This document shows, piece by piece, positions 9,898-21,286 of a stretch of 64,000 nt of DNA (the stretch's first letter is position 1; every line of letters begins with the position of its first letter). The notes under the pieces were generated by a model. It worked only from the letters and a program-made list of their open reading frames with translations, had not been told where the DNA came from and searched no databases. The stretch comes from an uncultured delta proteobacterium (lineage in GTDB: Bacteria > Desulfobacterota > Desulfobacteria > Desulfobacterales > JAFDCJ01), in NCBI GenBank assembly GCA_963769935.1, contig CAVYNY010000010.1, positions 96,001 to 160,000 on the forward strand, in the 5' to 3' direction. A program made the translations under genes and the position numbers.

Positions 9898-10548
9898 ATG
9901 GATAACGGTCTTGCAAAATCATTTGAACCTTTTCTCGAAAAATTAGAAAAGTTATCCAGGGTTCAAAGGATACTAATCTCAACGGCCATATTTGGCTTGA
10001 TTGTCGGCGGTTTCATCTACCTATCTTATTGGCCTAAATACGAACAGATTGATCGCCTGGATACGCAGCTTGACAAATTGGAAGCGAAACTGAAGACGGC
10101 CATGAAAAATGCCGCCGATTTGGAAAAATTTCAGGCTAAAATGAATGAGGCTGAATCCCAATTCCAAATGGCAATGAGAAAATTGCCGGAAAAGGAAGAG
10201 ATTCCTTCTCTGCTGTCCAGCATCTCCAGTTCCGGCCAACAAGTCGGTCTTGAATTTTTGCTCTTTGAGCCCAAACCCGAAAAGAAAAAAGAATTTTATG
10301 CCGAAATTCCCGTCGTCATGAGTATCGTGGGAGACTACCACAATACCGCATTATTCTTCGATCAGGTTGCCCGTTTGCCCCGAATCGTCACCATAGAAAA
10401 TATTCAAATGACTCCCGCCAAGAAAAAAGGCGCCCGGGAACTCAGCACCAAATGCATGGCAGTCACTTATAAATTCATAGAACCATCTGAACAAAAAAGC
10501 ACTTCTGCAAAGAAAAATACGAAGAAAAAGCCTAGAAAGAAAAAGTAA
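9898..10548 (+). CDS. pilO: Type IV pilus assembly protein PilO
   Basis: LPEKEEIPSLL, FYAEIPV, GDYH, LPRIV motifs. Confidence 0.93.
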   Translation: MDNGLAKSFEPFLEKLEKLSRVQRILISTAIFGLIVGGFIYLSYWPKYEQIDRLDTQLDKLEAKLKTAMKNAADLEKFQAKMNEAESQFQMAMRKLPEKEEIPSLLSSISSSGQQVGLEFLLFEPKPEKKKEFYAEIPVVMSIVGDYHNTALFFDQVARLPRIVTIENIQMTPAKKKGARELSTKCMAVTYKFIEPSEQKSTSAKKNTKKKPRKKK

Positions 10549-10597
10549 TAGTTTAACAACGATCAACCAGCAAATGATGGGAAGATACCTTGTGAGC

Positions 10598-11473
10598 ATG
10601 CGATATTTGATCAATATAATTTGTATTGCTCTGCTTTTGTGGGGGTGTGACAGCGCCAACGGAGGTCAGGCAAAACCGACCGTGGTCCGCAAGAAGATTG
10701 TCGCACCAAAAGATAACATCGCCCAGGTCCGCGCCAAAAAAGCGATTCGTACCGCCAAAATGTCGCCGCCGGATAAACAGCTGGAAAAGACAGCCGTTGC
10801 CAAAGTCGACCGGAATCAAATCGCGCCGCTGCGGCAGTCGACTGCCGAAACAAACCCAAGCACCGAGCCGATGGTCGCCCAAAAACAGGAAGCAAAACCG
10901 ATTGAAAACGACACGTCTAAACCGGCCGCCCGGAAAAAGCCGGCGATCAGCCCCAAATCAGATATTACCGAGATAGAGCCGGCCGCCGAAACTCAGAGAC
11001 AACCGGGCAACGTCCAACCCGCACCGGACAGCAAATCGGCTGCCTCAAACAAAGTCGCCCCGGACAAATTGGTCACTCAAAATGTTCCGGCGGAAGGCAC
11101 CCCCGCCAAGTATGATCCCAGCGGCAGGATTGATCCATTTGAGCCTTTGTTTAAAGAGGAAGCGGTGGTCGCAACTGCCAAGCTGCAGCACAAAAAACGG
11201 ATTCCCCGCACACCGCTGGAACGAATTGATTTGAGTCAGTTGAAGCTGGTCGGAATCATCATGGCCGCCAGCGGCAACCGGGCTTTGGTGGAAGAATCTT
11301 CCGGTAAAGGATATGTTATTAAAGAGGGTACCTACATCGGCACGAATGGCGGCAAAATAGTCAGTATTCATAAAGAAACAGTTACTGTTGAGGAAGAACT
11401 CGAAGATGTTTATGGCAAACTTACAATCCGTAAAAAAGAGCTCAAACTTCCCAAACCCCCTGGAGAGTTTTAA
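10598..11473 (+). CDS. pilP: Pilus assembly lipoprotein PilP with long linker
   Basis: Lipobox LWGC; YDPSGRIDPF, TPLERIDLSQLKLVGII and GTYIGTNGG motifs. Alternative start at 10574. Confidence 0.9.
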   Translation: MRYLINIICIALLLWGCDSANGGQAKPTVVRKKIVAPKDNIAQVRAKKAIRTAKMSPPDKQLEKTAVAKVDRNQIAPLRQSTAETNPSTEPMVAQKQEAKPIENDTSKPAARKKPAISPKSDITEIEPAAETQRQPGNVQPAPDSKSAASNKVAPDKLVTQNVPAEGTPAKYDPSGRIDPFEPLFKEEAVVATAKLQHKKRIPRTPLERIDLSQLKLVGIIMAASGNRALVEESSGKGYVIKEGTYIGTNGGKIVSIHKETVTVEEELEDVYGKLTIRKKELKLPKPPGEF

Positions 11474-11474
11474 G

Positions 11475-14330
11475 ATGCGGCATTTCATTACTAAACTAGC
11501 GAGACCCCTTCATTTAGGCATCCTTTTATTCAGCTTGGCAGTGTTGTTCGCGGCGTGTGCCTCGCAAGAGGCCGGCCAAGTCAAATCCGCACAGGAGAAC
11601 AAACTGATCACCGACATCATGACCCGTGATGATGCCGAAGCCACCACCGTCACGGTAAAGGGTAACCAGGCCCTGACCTACACGGCGATCAAACAAGTAT
11701 TCCCGCTGGGTGTTCTTGTTCACTTCCCGGAAACCACTCTGGACAATATCAAAACCGTATACTATCCGCCGGAAAATGATTTCATCAGTTCCATCAGAGC
11801 GACTCAGGTTGAAGAAGACGGCCAAACCTCCCGCATATTTATTGCCCTGAAAAAGGATCTGCCTTATACCATCAGGCCGGATGCTGCCGGGCTGAACATC
11901 GTGTTCCCGAAGACCGGTCAGCCGGCCGCGGAGACAAAAACTGAATCCGCGCCGACACCGACGCCGCAACCGGAAGCAACAGCGGAACCTGCCAAAGCTC
12001 CGGCACCCCCGGCCACCCGTATGACATCAATTGTCGCAACACCGCTCAAAAACTATGTCGTCGTCGATGTCAAGGCGAACGGAACAATTACAAACTATAA
12101 GTCTTTCACAATCAGTGAAACTCCGCCCCGCATTGTGTACGACCTTTATGGTCTCAAAAGCCCGTACGAGGCGGAGCAACGAATCGCGGTCAAGTCCGAT
12201 TTGGTAAGCAGGATACGCGATTTCGGTCATCCCGACAAGATCCGGATCGTGCTGGAAACCAAAAAACCTTATCTTGCCAAATACTCTGCGGCACCGGTAG
12301 ACAACGGCCTGATGATTTATGTCGGACAGGCGCCGCCGACCATGAGCAAAGCAAAATCTGAGACGGAAGCCGCCCCGGCAGCTAAGCCGATGAAACCGGC
12401 CGCCGAACCGCCGACGGCTGCCGAAAAAACCGAAACGGTCAAATACGACAAACCGGCCTGGTTAAACCGCATCGATTTTTCGAGTGAAGAAGACGGCAAA
12501 TCGGCCATCATTGTCGGAACCACACGACCGGTTGAATACCACTTGCTAAAAGTGAACAAGGATAGACTGCAGCTCACCCTTTTGGATACCAATCTGCCCG
12601 AATACCGCAAACGGGCGTTAATTACCACTCGTTTTCAAAGCGCAGTGGACCGCATTACCCCGGAGCACCAGCCGAATTCCAAGGACACAATTCTGGATAT
12701 TGAACTGCGGCAAGCGGTGCCGTATTTTATCAAACAAACAGACGATGTCATCCGGGTCAACTTTGATCCATCTTCCATACCGCCAAGGCCCTATGAAGAA
12801 GCCAAGCTGCCGGCCTGGAAGCAGGTGATGGCTGAACCGGCGACCGAAGCTGCGGCTGCACCGGCCACTCAAGCAGCGACCGCACCGGCAACCCAAGCGG
12901 CGGCCGCACCGTCCGAAAAAACGGCTGAGGCAGTCGGAGCTTTACCGTCCGGCGGCCAGGCGCTGGAGTCAACCGTGGGCCGGGAAGAGCTGCAACTGGC
13001 TAATAAAGATACCTCGGCCGAAATGACGCTGGCTAACAAGGAAATCTCGCTTGCGGACCGCCTTGCGGGTACGGCGCCGTCAGCAAAAAAATACACCGGC
13101 GAAAAAATCGCCCTTGATTTTTATGATACGGACATCAAGAATGTCTTCCGAATCATCCGGGAAATCAGCGGCAAAAATTTTGCCATCGACAAGAATGTCA
13201 CCGGCAAAGTGACCCTGACCCTTGATAAACCGGTGCCCTGGGATCAGGTCCTCGATCTGGTGCTCAAAATGAATCAGCTGGGGATGACCATGGAAGGCGA
13301 CATTATCCGCATCGCCACCCTGAACAGCCTGGCCCAGGAAGAAAAGCAAAAAGAGGCGCTGGTAAAAGCCACGCAGCAGACCGTAAAACAGCAAAAAGCC
13401 CTGGAACCGCTGTTGACCGCCTATATTCCGGTCAGCTATTCCAATGCGCAGACTGAAGTATTGCCGCATATCCAACCGGTTCTTACCGAGGGCCGCGGCA
13501 AAGCCAGCGTGGATACCCGCAACAACCAGCTGATTTTAACCGATACAGCCGAAAAGATTGAGCAGGTCCGGGAAATCGTGAAACGCATCGATCAGGTTAC
13601 GCCCCAGGTCATCATCGAAGCCCGCATCGTTGAAGCCAATTCGACTTTTACCAAAGACCTCGGCTTTGACTGGGGACAGGTTACCGCCGGTCCGTTCGAT
13701 GTCGGTGATTCAACGCTGACGCTTACCGGATTGGCGTCTAATTTGCCGGCGGCTATCCCGACCGGTGTGGTCGGCCTGGATTTTGTTAAAATGACCGGAA
13801 CTCCGTTTTCGATTATTAATGCCCAACTGTTGGTCAGCGAAACCGAGGGTAAAACCAATATTATTTCAGCTCCGAAAGTTTTGACTCTGGACAACAAGAA
13901 GGCCAAGATAAAACAGGGTCTGGAAGTGCCTTACCTGGAACGGGACTCCTCGGGCAATGCGACGGTCAGATTTAAAAATGTTGATTTGCTGCTGGAAGTC
14001 ACACCCAATGTCACACCGGACAACCGCATCACCCTGAAGGTATTTGTCACCAAAAACGACGTGGTCGATCCGACGGCCGATCAGCCTGCGCTTTCCACCA
14101 ATGAAGCTGAGACCGAACTTCTGATGGATGACGGAGACACCGTCGTCATCGGCGGTATCGTGAAATCCACCATAAGCTATGCTGAAAGGGGAATCCCCGG
14201 GTTGCGGAACATCGGCGTGCTGGGCTGGCTGTTTAAAAGCCAAAGCAAGGATGACAGTAAAAATGAACTGCTGATATTCATTACACCGCGAATCGTTCAG
14301 CTTGAACAGAGAAGCAAATCGGATATTTAG
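11475..14330 (+). CDS. pilQ: Type IV pilus secretin PilQ with AMIN domains
   Basis: YTGEKIALDF, VPWDQVLD, QVIIEARIVE, ELLIFITPRI; N-terminal AMIN-like repeats. The ATG at 11475 follows the pilP stop. Confidence 0.95.
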   Translation: MRHFITKLARPLHLGILLFSLAVLFAACASQEAGQVKSAQENKLITDIMTRDDAEATTVTVKGNQALTYTAIKQVFPLGVLVHFPETTLDNIKTVYYPPENDFISSIRATQVEEDGQTSRIFIALKKDLPYTIRPDAAGLNIVFPKTGQPAAETKTESAPTPTPQPEATAEPAKAPAPPATRMTSIVATPLKNYVVVDVKANGTITNYKSFTISETPPRIVYDLYGLKSPYEAEQRIAVKSDLVSRIRDFGHPDKIRIVLETKKPYLAKYSAAPVDNGLMIYVGQAPPTMSKAKSETEAAPAAKPMKPAAEPPTAAEKTETVKYDKPAWLNRIDFSSEEDGKSAIIVGTTRPVEYHLLKVNKDRLQLTLLDTNLPEYRKRALITTRFQSAVDRITPEHQPNSKDTILDIELRQAVPYFIKQTDDVIRVNFDPSSIPPRPYEEAKLPAWKQVMAEPATEAAAAPATQAATAPATQAAAAPSEKTAEAVGALPSGGQALESTVGREELQLANKDTSAEMTLANKEISLADRLAGTAPSAKKYTGEKIALDFYDTDIKNVFRIIREISGKNFAIDKNVTGKVTLTLDKPVPWDQVLDLVLKMNQLGMTMEGDIIRIATLNSLAQEEKQKEALVKATQQTVKQQKALEPLLTAYIPVSYSNAQTEVLPHIQPVLTEGRGKASVDTRNNQLILTDTAEKIEQVREIVKRIDQVTPQVIIEARIVEANSTFTKDLGFDWGQVTAGPFDVGDSTLTLTGLASNLPAAIPTGVVGLDFVKMTGTPFSIINAQLLVSETEGKTNIISAPKVLTLDNKKAKIKQGLEVPYLERDSSGNATVRFKNVDLLLEVTPNVTPDNRITLKVFVTKNDVVDPTADQPALSTNEAETELLMDDGDTVVIGGIVKSTISYAERGIPGLRNIGVLGWLFKSQSKDDSKNELLIFITPRIVQLEQRSKSDI

Positions 14331-14445
14331 CCCCTGCCTGTGGGCTGCTGAAATGAAAGCGATACTCTGACTTTATTATCTTATTAAATCGCTGATCGAG
14401 AAGGAAAGTTAATACTTTATAGAAATTTGTATCCTCGTGTAAAAT

Positions 14446-14495
14446 TAAAAATGCGAATGGCAACCGGAGGCCTCCGATTGCCATTCGCATTTTTA
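14446..14495. terminator. Bidirectional hairpin terminator between convergent pilQ and the TPR gene
   Basis: 50-bp palindrome TAAAAATGCGAATGGCAACCGGAGG/CCTCCGATTGCCATTCGCATTTTTA with one mismatch and A/T tracts on both sides. Confidence 0.75.
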
Positions 14496-14504
14496 TTGGA
14501 TCCA

Positions 14505-15290
14505 TTATAGTAAAGGCTTTAGCCGCTCAGCCTCCCGCAAGGCTTGATCGGCCAGGGGGCTGTCCGGGTCCAGCTGCACAACCTTGAGATAGGATGCATA
14601 GGCCTGGCTAAAATCCCCCTTGAGACTGTAAGCTTTCCCCAGGTCGAATTGTATTGGCGCGAATTCAGGAGCCAGTTGGGCGGCTTTTTCCAGCCGCTCG
14701 ATGGCTTCCGACACCTTGCCCGTTGCCAGGTATGTTTTTGCCAAACCGTACATAGCTCTGACAAAATTCGGTTTGGCTTTCAAAGCCTCGAGATAATATT
14801 TTTCCGAAAGCGCATATTCTTTTTTGTGGTAGTACGCAACGCCAAGATTGGAATACGGAAATTGCGGGGTTGCATAAATCAGATCCGAGGTCACAATTTT
14901 ATACTGCTCGATGGCATTGTCCCATTCCTCTTTCTGGGCATAAGCATTACCCAAGTTGTTGTGGGCCGGCGCATAATTATATTTTATGTCCAGGGCCTTC
15001 TTGAAGTGGCGAATTGCCAAATCGTATTGTTTCAGATAATAATAGGAGAGTCCCAGGTCATCTTGCAGAAAATAATCATCAGGGCTTTGCTCCTCTATTT
15101 TTAAAAACTCCTTTAAAGCGGCTCTGAAATTACCATCGCGGAGATAGGCCTCCCCCAGGGATTTGGAAGCTTCAGTTACCGCTTTTTGCTCTTCCACACT
15201 TCTGTGGGCAGTACACGAATAAAATAAACTCACCATTAGAAAGCATACCGTTGCGACGGGCCAGATATTTTTCATTGTTTTTTTCCTCAT
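14505..15290 (-). CDS. TPR lipoprotein, PilF/PilW/Tgl-like secretin pilotin
   Basis: Lipobox-like FYSC, TPR repeats, AHNNLG and YATP motifs; adjacent to pilQ. Confidence 0.75.
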   Translation of the reverse strand: MRKKTMKNIWPVATVCFLMVSLFYSCTAHRSVEEQKAVTEASKSLGEAYLRDGNFRAALKEFLKIEEQSPDDYFLQDDLGLSYYYLKQYDLAIRHFKKALDIKYNYAPAHNNLGNAYAQKEEWDNAIEQYKIVTSDLIYATPQFPYSNLGVAYYHKKEYALSEKYYLEALKAKPNFVRAMYGLAKTYLATGKVSEAIERLEKAAQLAPEFAPIQFDLGKAYSLKGDFSQAYASYLKVVQLDPDSPLADQALREAERLKPLL

Positions 15291-15307
15291 AGCGGATTTA
15301 AGAGCAC

Positions 15308-16810
15308 CTACATTTTTTTAAGATTCAGCAAGCCGGCAATCTCTTGCGCCATCCGATTCACAAAGCGCTGCAAGGCCTCTCCTTCTAGTGGCTTGCCGGG
15401 CGCCGGCACCTGGTCAAGATCGGCAGGGTGAAGGTATCGCGGTGTGTTGATCAGATCCTGTCGCGGGGAAATATTGTAGTCGGCCGGAAACTTTTGCTCA
15501 AAGTACATTTCTTGAAATCCGGCAAATTTAAGGGCATGGGCGGTGGAATCCAGCACCACGATGTCCTGACTGTCGATGATCCCCCTGGTCTTGGCCGCCA
15601 GCAGACCGGCCAGGGATTCTCCTCCGTGGGTGCAGGCGATATGCCCGTTGCGATTGGCGGTAATTTCCCAGTCCATGATGTCCTGTTCACTGACCTCGAC
15701 AAAAAAGGTCTTCCGGCAGCCGGCCAATTCGTTATAAAGCCCGACCAGATGAATCACCCTGGGCATGGAAACCGGATTGCCGATCATAGCGGCCTGGGCT
15801 ACACTGGGTTTGACGGTCACGGGCACGAATTGACGCCGGGCGGCATCCGGTTCAAGATAATAGCGGTAAACCGGGTTGGCATGCTCCGACTGGACCCCCA
15901 CAATCTTCGGCAGTGCATTGGTAATACCGGCCTCATAAAACTTTAAAAACCCGCTCATCACCGCCGTAATGTTGCCGGCATTGCCGATGGGAACCACCAC
16001 CGCCGTGTCGGCAAGATCATACTCGAAATCCTGGGCAATTTCGTATGAATAAGATTCCTGGCCTAAAATCCGCCAGGCATTTTTGGAGTTTAGCAGCGCG
16101 ACCTGATAGCTTTCAGACAGGACTTCAACGATTTTCATACAGTCGTCAAAAACGCCGGGAATTTCAAACACCGCAGCGCCGCTGCCCAAAGGCTGGGAGA
16201 GCTGCTGGGGAGTTACTTTCTTATGAGGCAGCAGCACGGCGGATTTGACCTGCGGTTTCAGATAGGAAGCATAGAGCGCGGCCGCAGCCGACGTATCACC
16301 CGTCGACGCGCAAATGGCCAGCACATCCGACAGGTACCCCTTTTGAACCATGAAATTTATGTAACTTAACGCGCTGGCCATCCCCCGATCCTTGAAGGAA
16401 GCGCTGGGATTCTGTCCCTCATTTTTAAAGTAAAAGCGCACGCCGATTTTTTCCTGCAAAGAGGAATTGGCTTTTATCAGCGGGGTGTGCCCCTCGCCCA
16501 GATAAATAACGGACTCCAGCGGAATTACGGGCCCGATAAATTCGTGGTAACGGTAGATGCCTTTCAACGCATCGATGTTCATCATTTTGCGATAGTCAAA
16601 AATACGCTGCCAGAGCTCACCTTTGGTATCTTTCAAGCGCGCAAAGTTCTGATCGTAAAGAAGCAAAACCTGCCCGCACGCCGGACATACATACAGGAGT
16701 TTTTCAATGCCGTATTCCCGCCGGCAGCCCAGACAACGGTAGATCAGCTTCCCGGCATGCGACGGCATCAGAAAGGGACGAATATCTTGGGGAAAATCAT
16801 CCGGTTTCAT
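15308..16810 (-). CDS. thrC: Threonine synthase
   Basis: [18 protein letters not shown] (PLP Lys), ASTGDT, PIGNAGN. Confidence 0.93.
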   Translation of the reverse strand: MKPDDFPQDIRPFLMPSHAGKLIYRCLGCRREYGIEKLLYVCPACGQVLLLYDQNFARLKDTKGELWQRIFDYRKMMNIDALKGIYRYHEFIGPVIPLESVIYLGEGHTPLIKANSSLQEKIGVRFYFKNEGQNPSASFKDRGMASALSYINFMVQKGYLSDVLAICASTGDTSAAAALYASYLKPQVKSAVLLPHKKVTPQQLSQPLGSGAAVFEIPGVFDDCMKIVEVLSESYQVALLNSKNAWRILGQESYSYEIAQDFEYDLADTAVVVPIGNAGNITAVMSGFLKFYEAGITNALPKIVGVQSEHANPVYRYYLEPDAARRQFVPVTVKPSVAQAAMIGNPVSMPRVIHLVGLYNELAGCRKTFFVEVSEQDIMDWEITANRNGHIACTHGGESLAGLLAAKTRGIIDSQDIVVLDSTAHALKFAGFQEMYFEQKFPADYNISPRQDLINTPRYLHPADLDQVPAPGKPLEGEALQRFVNRMAQEIAGLLNLKKM

Positions 16811-18081
16811 GATGTTATTTTCTCCATTCCTCCCATATAGGGCTGAAGCTTCGCGGGGATGGCAACCGACCCGTCGGGCTGTTGAAAATTTTCGAGAATG
16901 GCGGCCACCGTGCGCCCGACGGCAAGTCCGGAACCGTTTAAAGTATGCACAAGCTGGGTACCCTTTTGTCCTTGGCGCTTGAAGCGAATATTGGCGCGCC
17001 GGGCCTGGAAATCTTCAAAATTGCTGCAGGATGAAATTTCGCGGTAAAGGCTCTGGGCCGGCATCCAGACTTCAATATCATAGGTTTTAGCGGCCGAAAA
17101 CCCCAGATCCCCCGTACAAAGTTCAATGACCCGATACGGCAGTTCAAGTTTCTTTAAAATCGCTTCAGCGTCGCCCAACAGGCTTTCAAGCTCATCATAG
17201 GAGGATTCGGGTTGGCTGAATTTGACCAGTTCAACTTTATTAAACTGATGTTGACGAATTAATCCCCGGGTATCCTTGCCATAGGAGCCGGCCTCCGAGC
17301 GAAAGCACGGCGTGCAGGCCGTGTAATAGATCGGCAGCTGATCCTGCTCCAGAATTTCTCCCTGGTGGATGTTGGTCACAGGAACTTCAGCGGTCGGGAT
17401 CAGATAGTATTCCCAGCCCGCCAGTTTAAACAGGTCTGCTTCAAATTTTGGCAGCTGACCGGTGTGGGTCATTGTTTGCCGGTTAACGATAAACGGCGGC
17501 AGAACCTCTTTATAGCCGTGCTCATTGGTATGAGTATCAAGCATAAAATTAATCAAGGCCCGCTCCAGACGGGCTCCGGCACCAAAATAAAGCGGAAAGC
17601 GCGCACCGGTAATTTTGGCAGCACGCTCAAAATCAAATATCTTAAGGCGACTGCCGATTTCCCAGTGGGGTTGGGGTTCAGACTTGAAGGCAGGCAGCTC
17701 ACCAACGGTTCTGACCACCGGATTGTCGGTCTCATCGTCTCCGATAGGCACCGTTGCGTGCGGGATGTTTGGCAATCCCAATAAAATGTCATCGATGATG
17801 GCCTGGTTTTCTGATAGTTTTTTTTCAAGATCTTTGATTCTGGATGATACCGCCCGCATTTCGACGACGGGGGTTTGGGTATTGTCGCCGGCCTTTTTCA
17901 TTTCAGCGATCCGGTCGGAAACGACATTGCGCTGATGGCGCAAGGACTCAATCTCCTGCAACATGGTAAGCCGGTCATCATCGCATTTTTTAAAGGTATC
18001 GAGATCGGCCCGGTAGTTGCGTACCGCCAATGCTTTTCGAACGGCTGATAAATTTTGGCTAACAAACTTGATTTCCAGCAT
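16807..18081 (-). CDS. serS: Seryl-tRNA synthetase
   Basis: [48 protein letters not shown]. Confidence 0.97.
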   Translation of the reverse strand: MLEIKFVSQNLSAVRKALAVRNYRADLDTFKKCDDDRLTMLQEIESLRHQRNVVSDRIAEMKKAGDNTQTPVVEMRAVSSRIKDLEKKLSENQAIIDDILLGLPNIPHATVPIGDDETDNPVVRTVGELPAFKSEPQPHWEIGSRLKIFDFERAAKITGARFPLYFGAGARLERALINFMLDTHTNEHGYKEVLPPFIVNRQTMTHTGQLPKFEADLFKLAGWEYYLIPTAEVPVTNIHQGEILEQDQLPIYYTACTPCFRSEAGSYGKDTRGLIRQHQFNKVELVKFSQPESSYDELESLLGDAEAILKKLELPYRVIELCTGDLGFSAAKTYDIEVWMPAQSLYREISSCSNFEDFQARRANIRFKRQGQKGTQLVHTLNGSGLAVGRTVAAILENFQQPDGSVAIPAKLQPYMGGMEKITS

Positions 18082-18250
18082 AAATTACCTTATATTATTA
18101 AGTTTAAGTATCCCATAGTTTAATATGGGGTTGCAAGACATGCCGCAAGTAACACGGACATGTCATTTAGTCAATATTATTTGTATGTTGGCGCTGTCAA
18201 CTGCAAGCCGTGTTTGAAAATTTAACCAAACTGCGATAGGGGGACATCGG

Positions 18251-18838
18251 ATGGAGGAAATTGGTGCCGCAAAAATTCAGATTCGAGAAGACATTGCCAA
18301 AAGTATTTCCGCCCTGTCTGAAAGCGAAATCGCGGAAAAAACCAGGGCCATTGAAGTAAAACTCTTTGATTTTGCGAATTTTATGGAAGCAAAAATAGCC
18401 CTGCTGTATCTCAACGGTGCCTATGAAGTCAAGACGCATAATATCATTAAACGATCATACGACTACGGTAAAATAATCGTTCTCCCCGCTTTTGACCCCG
18501 TAAAATTTGAAATGAACCTGATGAAAGTCGACAACTTCGAAAAGGAATTGATACCCGGTCCCAGGGGCGTGCCGGAGCCGGATCCGAGCCGCTGCAAAAT
18601 TGTGCCGCTGGAGCGCGTTGATATTGCCGTCATACCGGGCCTTGCTTTTGATGAAAAGGGCGCCAGAATTGGTTCGGGCAAGGGCTACTACGACCGGCTG
18701 ATTCCCAGACTGGCGATTACCACCCGTAAAGTCGCCTTGACGTTCGAGGAACAAATCGTCCCGCAGGTACCCATGGACTCCCATGATAAACATGTGGATA
18801 TTATTATAACCGACAAGCGGATCATCTATAAAATATAA
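18251..18838 (+). CDS. 5-formyltetrahydrofolate cyclo-ligase
   Basis: PGLAFD-x(3)-RIGSGKGYYDR and HDKHVD motifs. Confidence 0.92.
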   Translation: MEEIGAAKIQIREDIAKSISALSESEIAEKTRAIEVKLFDFANFMEAKIALLYLNGAYEVKTHNIIKRSYDYGKIIVLPAFDPVKFEMNLMKVDNFEKELIPGPRGVPEPDPSRCKIVPLERVDIAVIPGLAFDEKGARIGSGKGYYDRLIPRLAITTRKVALTFEEQIVPQVPMDSHDKHVDIIITDKRIIYKI

Positions 18839-18843
18839 TGGTT

Positions 18844-19842
18844 TCACGGATTCAATATCTTCTCAAGTTTTTGCAGATTATCTAATTCCCCCACGGCAAT
18901 AACCGTATCATTCGGCATGATGGCCGCCTCAAATGAAGGATTGAACAGCATACTGCCGTCCGGCTTCTTGATTGCGATAATAATCAGATTGAAATTTTTC
19001 CTGATACCGGAATCCTTGAGTTGAACGTTGACCAGCCTGGACAATTCGCTGACGGGGATTTCCTCCATCTGGATATCTTTGCGCTGATGCTCAAAGGCCA
19101 GATCCAGAAAATTGGTTACGGTAGGACGAATAATGCGGTGGGCCATGCTGACGGCGCCCATCTCGTAAGGCGATTGTACGAAGTCCGCGCCGGCGGCCTC
19201 AAATTTCTTTTTGACTTTTTCCTGACTGGCCCGCGCAGTTATTTTGAGATCCGGAGCAAGTTGCCGGGCCGTCAAAACCAAAAAAACGTTGTCCGTATCG
19301 GTGGCCAGAGCGGCGACCAGTCCGGTCGCCCGTTTGATGCCGGCCCTGATCAGAACAGCTTCGTCGGCCGCATCACCGGATACATACAATACTTCGTCCG
19401 CATCCATGACAGGTATCAATTCCGGGTTGTTTTCGATGACCACCACCTCGAGCGGTTTTCTTCGCAGATCGCGACACAAAATCCGACCGATGCGTCCATA
19501 TCCGCAAACAATATAATGATTTTTCAAGCGATTAATTTTCTGGTCCAACCTTCGCCTCCCCATTATAATTCTAATACGTCCTTCTACCATAAATTGCACT
19601 ACGGCAGCGGCAACATACAGAGTAAACCCAACACCACTGGCAACCAGAAGAACCGTAAAAATACGCCCGAGATCGCCAAGCTGGTTCACTTCTCGATAAC
19701 CAACCGTAGATATTGTAATGACAGTCATATATAAAGCGTCTAAAAATCCCCATTTTTCGATGAGCATGTAGCCGGCCGTGCCGATAAAGAGAATGAAGAG
19801 CGAGAGGAAAAGTGAAATAACAAGATGTCGGGTGCTTTTCAT
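18844..19842 (-). CDS. 2-TM potassium channel family protein with RCK (TrkA-N/C) domains
   Basis: DALYMTVITISTVGY pore helix; HYIVCGYGRIG; TrkA-C domain. Confidence 0.9.
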   Translation of the reverse strand: MKSTRHLVISLFLSLFILFIGTAGYMLIEKWGFLDALYMTVITISTVGYREVNQLGDLGRIFTVLLVASGVGFTLYVAAAVVQFMVEGRIRIIMGRRRLDQKINRLKNHYIVCGYGRIGRILCRDLRRKPLEVVVIENNPELIPVMDADEVLYVSGDAADEAVLIRAGIKRATGLVAALATDTDNVFLVLTARQLAPDLKITARASQEKVKKKFEAAGADFVQSPYEMGAVSMAHRIIRPTVTNFLDLAFEHQRKDIQMEEIPVSELSRLVNVQLKDSGIRKNFNLIIIAIKKPDGSMLFNPSFEAAIMPNDTVIAVGELDNLQKLEKILNP

Positions 19843-20085
19843 TTCACCGCCTGCATGGTGGATACCAAAAGTCTTTAATTTTAAATTATGTTAATATGTT
19901 ATAAAAAAATCAAGCAGTTTTTAGGATTTGGACGTACAGATCAATGTAATTTTTTGCCTTAAAGATCGGCCCACTGCCCAGGTGGGAAAAAATCACGCAT
20001 TTTTACAAGGCTGGCATCTTGACCTTACCCATCCAACTTGATAAAAAAACATGAACTATTCAGAAAAGCCCGGGGTACCGCTACA

Positions 20086-20745
20086 ATGGAAAAAGAGTTT
20101 TTTAAATATGAACGCCAGCGAGAAGAAATGGTGCGCAATCAGATTGAAGCCAGAGGCATCAAGGATCCAATGGTTCTGGCCGCATTTCGCAATGTTCCCC
20201 GGCATCTGTTTGTAAGTGAGGCTTTGAGGGATCAGGCCTATGGCGACTATCCGCTGCCGATCGGAGAACAGCAGACCATTTCTCAACCGTATATCGTTGC
20301 GGAAATGACCCAGACTTTGAAGCTTAATAAAGACGACCGGGTTCTTGAGATCGGCACCGGTTCGGGCTATCAGTCCGCCATTCTATCCCAAATCGTGTAT
20401 CGGGTTTATACCATCGAACGCATACGATCTTTATATATGCAGGCGCGCAGCCTTTTTGACAAACTTCATTATCATAATATTGTAACCCGGTGTGCCGACG
20501 GTACAAAAGGTTGGCAGAATGAAAGCCCGTTTGATGCGATTGTTGTGACTGCCGGCGCGCCGGAAATTCCGGACGTACTGGTCAAGCAACTCATCATAGG
20601 CGGGCGGTTGGTGGTTCCCGTCGGCAACCAGCATACTCAGGATCTCATTAAAATCTATCGCGACGAAAATAGCGTTCAGCAAACCAACCTCGGCGGATGC
20701 AGATTTGTCAAGCTTGTAGGAGAACATGGCTGGAAGGCAAATTGA
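20086..20745 (+). CDS. pcm: Protein-L-isoaspartate O-methyltransferase
   Basis: VPRHLFV, QTISQPYIVA, VLEIGTGSGY. Confidence 0.95.
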   Translation: MEKEFFKYERQREEMVRNQIEARGIKDPMVLAAFRNVPRHLFVSEALRDQAYGDYPLPIGEQQTISQPYIVAEMTQTLKLNKDDRVLEIGTGSGYQSAILSQIVYRVYTIERIRSLYMQARSLFDKLHYHNIVTRCADGTKGWQNESPFDAIVVTAGAPEIPDVLVKQLIIGGRLVVPVGNQHTQDLIKIYRDENSVQQTNLGGCRFVKLVGEHGWKAN

Positions 20746-20784
20746 ATTTTTCAAATATAAATCCTGCCGAATCCCCGGGGGAGC

Positions 20785-21273
20785 TTAAGATATTTGGGCA
20801 TACTTTTCTTTAATTTTTTTCTCTACCACCGGCGGCACCATACCTTCAATGTTGCCGCCAAACTGAGCGGCTTCCTTGATGATTGATGAACTGGTATAAA
20901 TCCACCGCAAGCCGGTCATCAAAAAGACCGTTTGAATCTCCCGATTAAGCCTGCGGTTCATCAGCGCCATTTGAAACTCATATTCAAAATCCGACAGGGC
21001 ACGCAGCCCCCGCAGGATGCCCTGCGCATTGCATCGAGCGGCAAAATCCACTGTAAGACCATCAAAGGTGTCGATTGATACACCTGATAAATCTTTCAGA
21101 CTGTTCTCCAGCATTTCTATTCGTTCTTTAAGGGTGAAAAGAAATATTTTCTTCGGGTTTGTCAAAATGGCAACAATAATTTTGTCGAAAAGTTTCAAAC
21201 CTCTCTCAAGAATATCCAGATGGCCGTTGGTCACAGGATCAAAAGAACCGGGATAAATAGCTATTCTTTCCAT
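20785..21273 (-). CDS. coaD: Phosphopantetheine adenylyltransferase
   Basis: YPGSFDPVTNGH, RGLRALSDFEYE. Confidence 0.97.
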   Translation of the reverse strand: MERIAIYPGSFDPVTNGHLDILERGLKLFDKIIVAILTNPKKIFLFTLKERIEMLENSLKDLSGVSIDTFDGLTVDFAARCNAQGILRGLRALSDFEYEFQMALMNRRLNREIQTVFLMTGLRWIYTSSSIIKEAAQFGGNIEGMVPPVVEKKIKEKYAQIS

Positions 21274-21286
21274 GTTTTCTTTCCCC

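Noticed and set aside
18082..18250. 6S RNA, often found upstream of 5-FTHF cyclo-ligase
   Set aside because: The gap is only 169 bp, must hold two divergent promoters, and shows no long closing stem.
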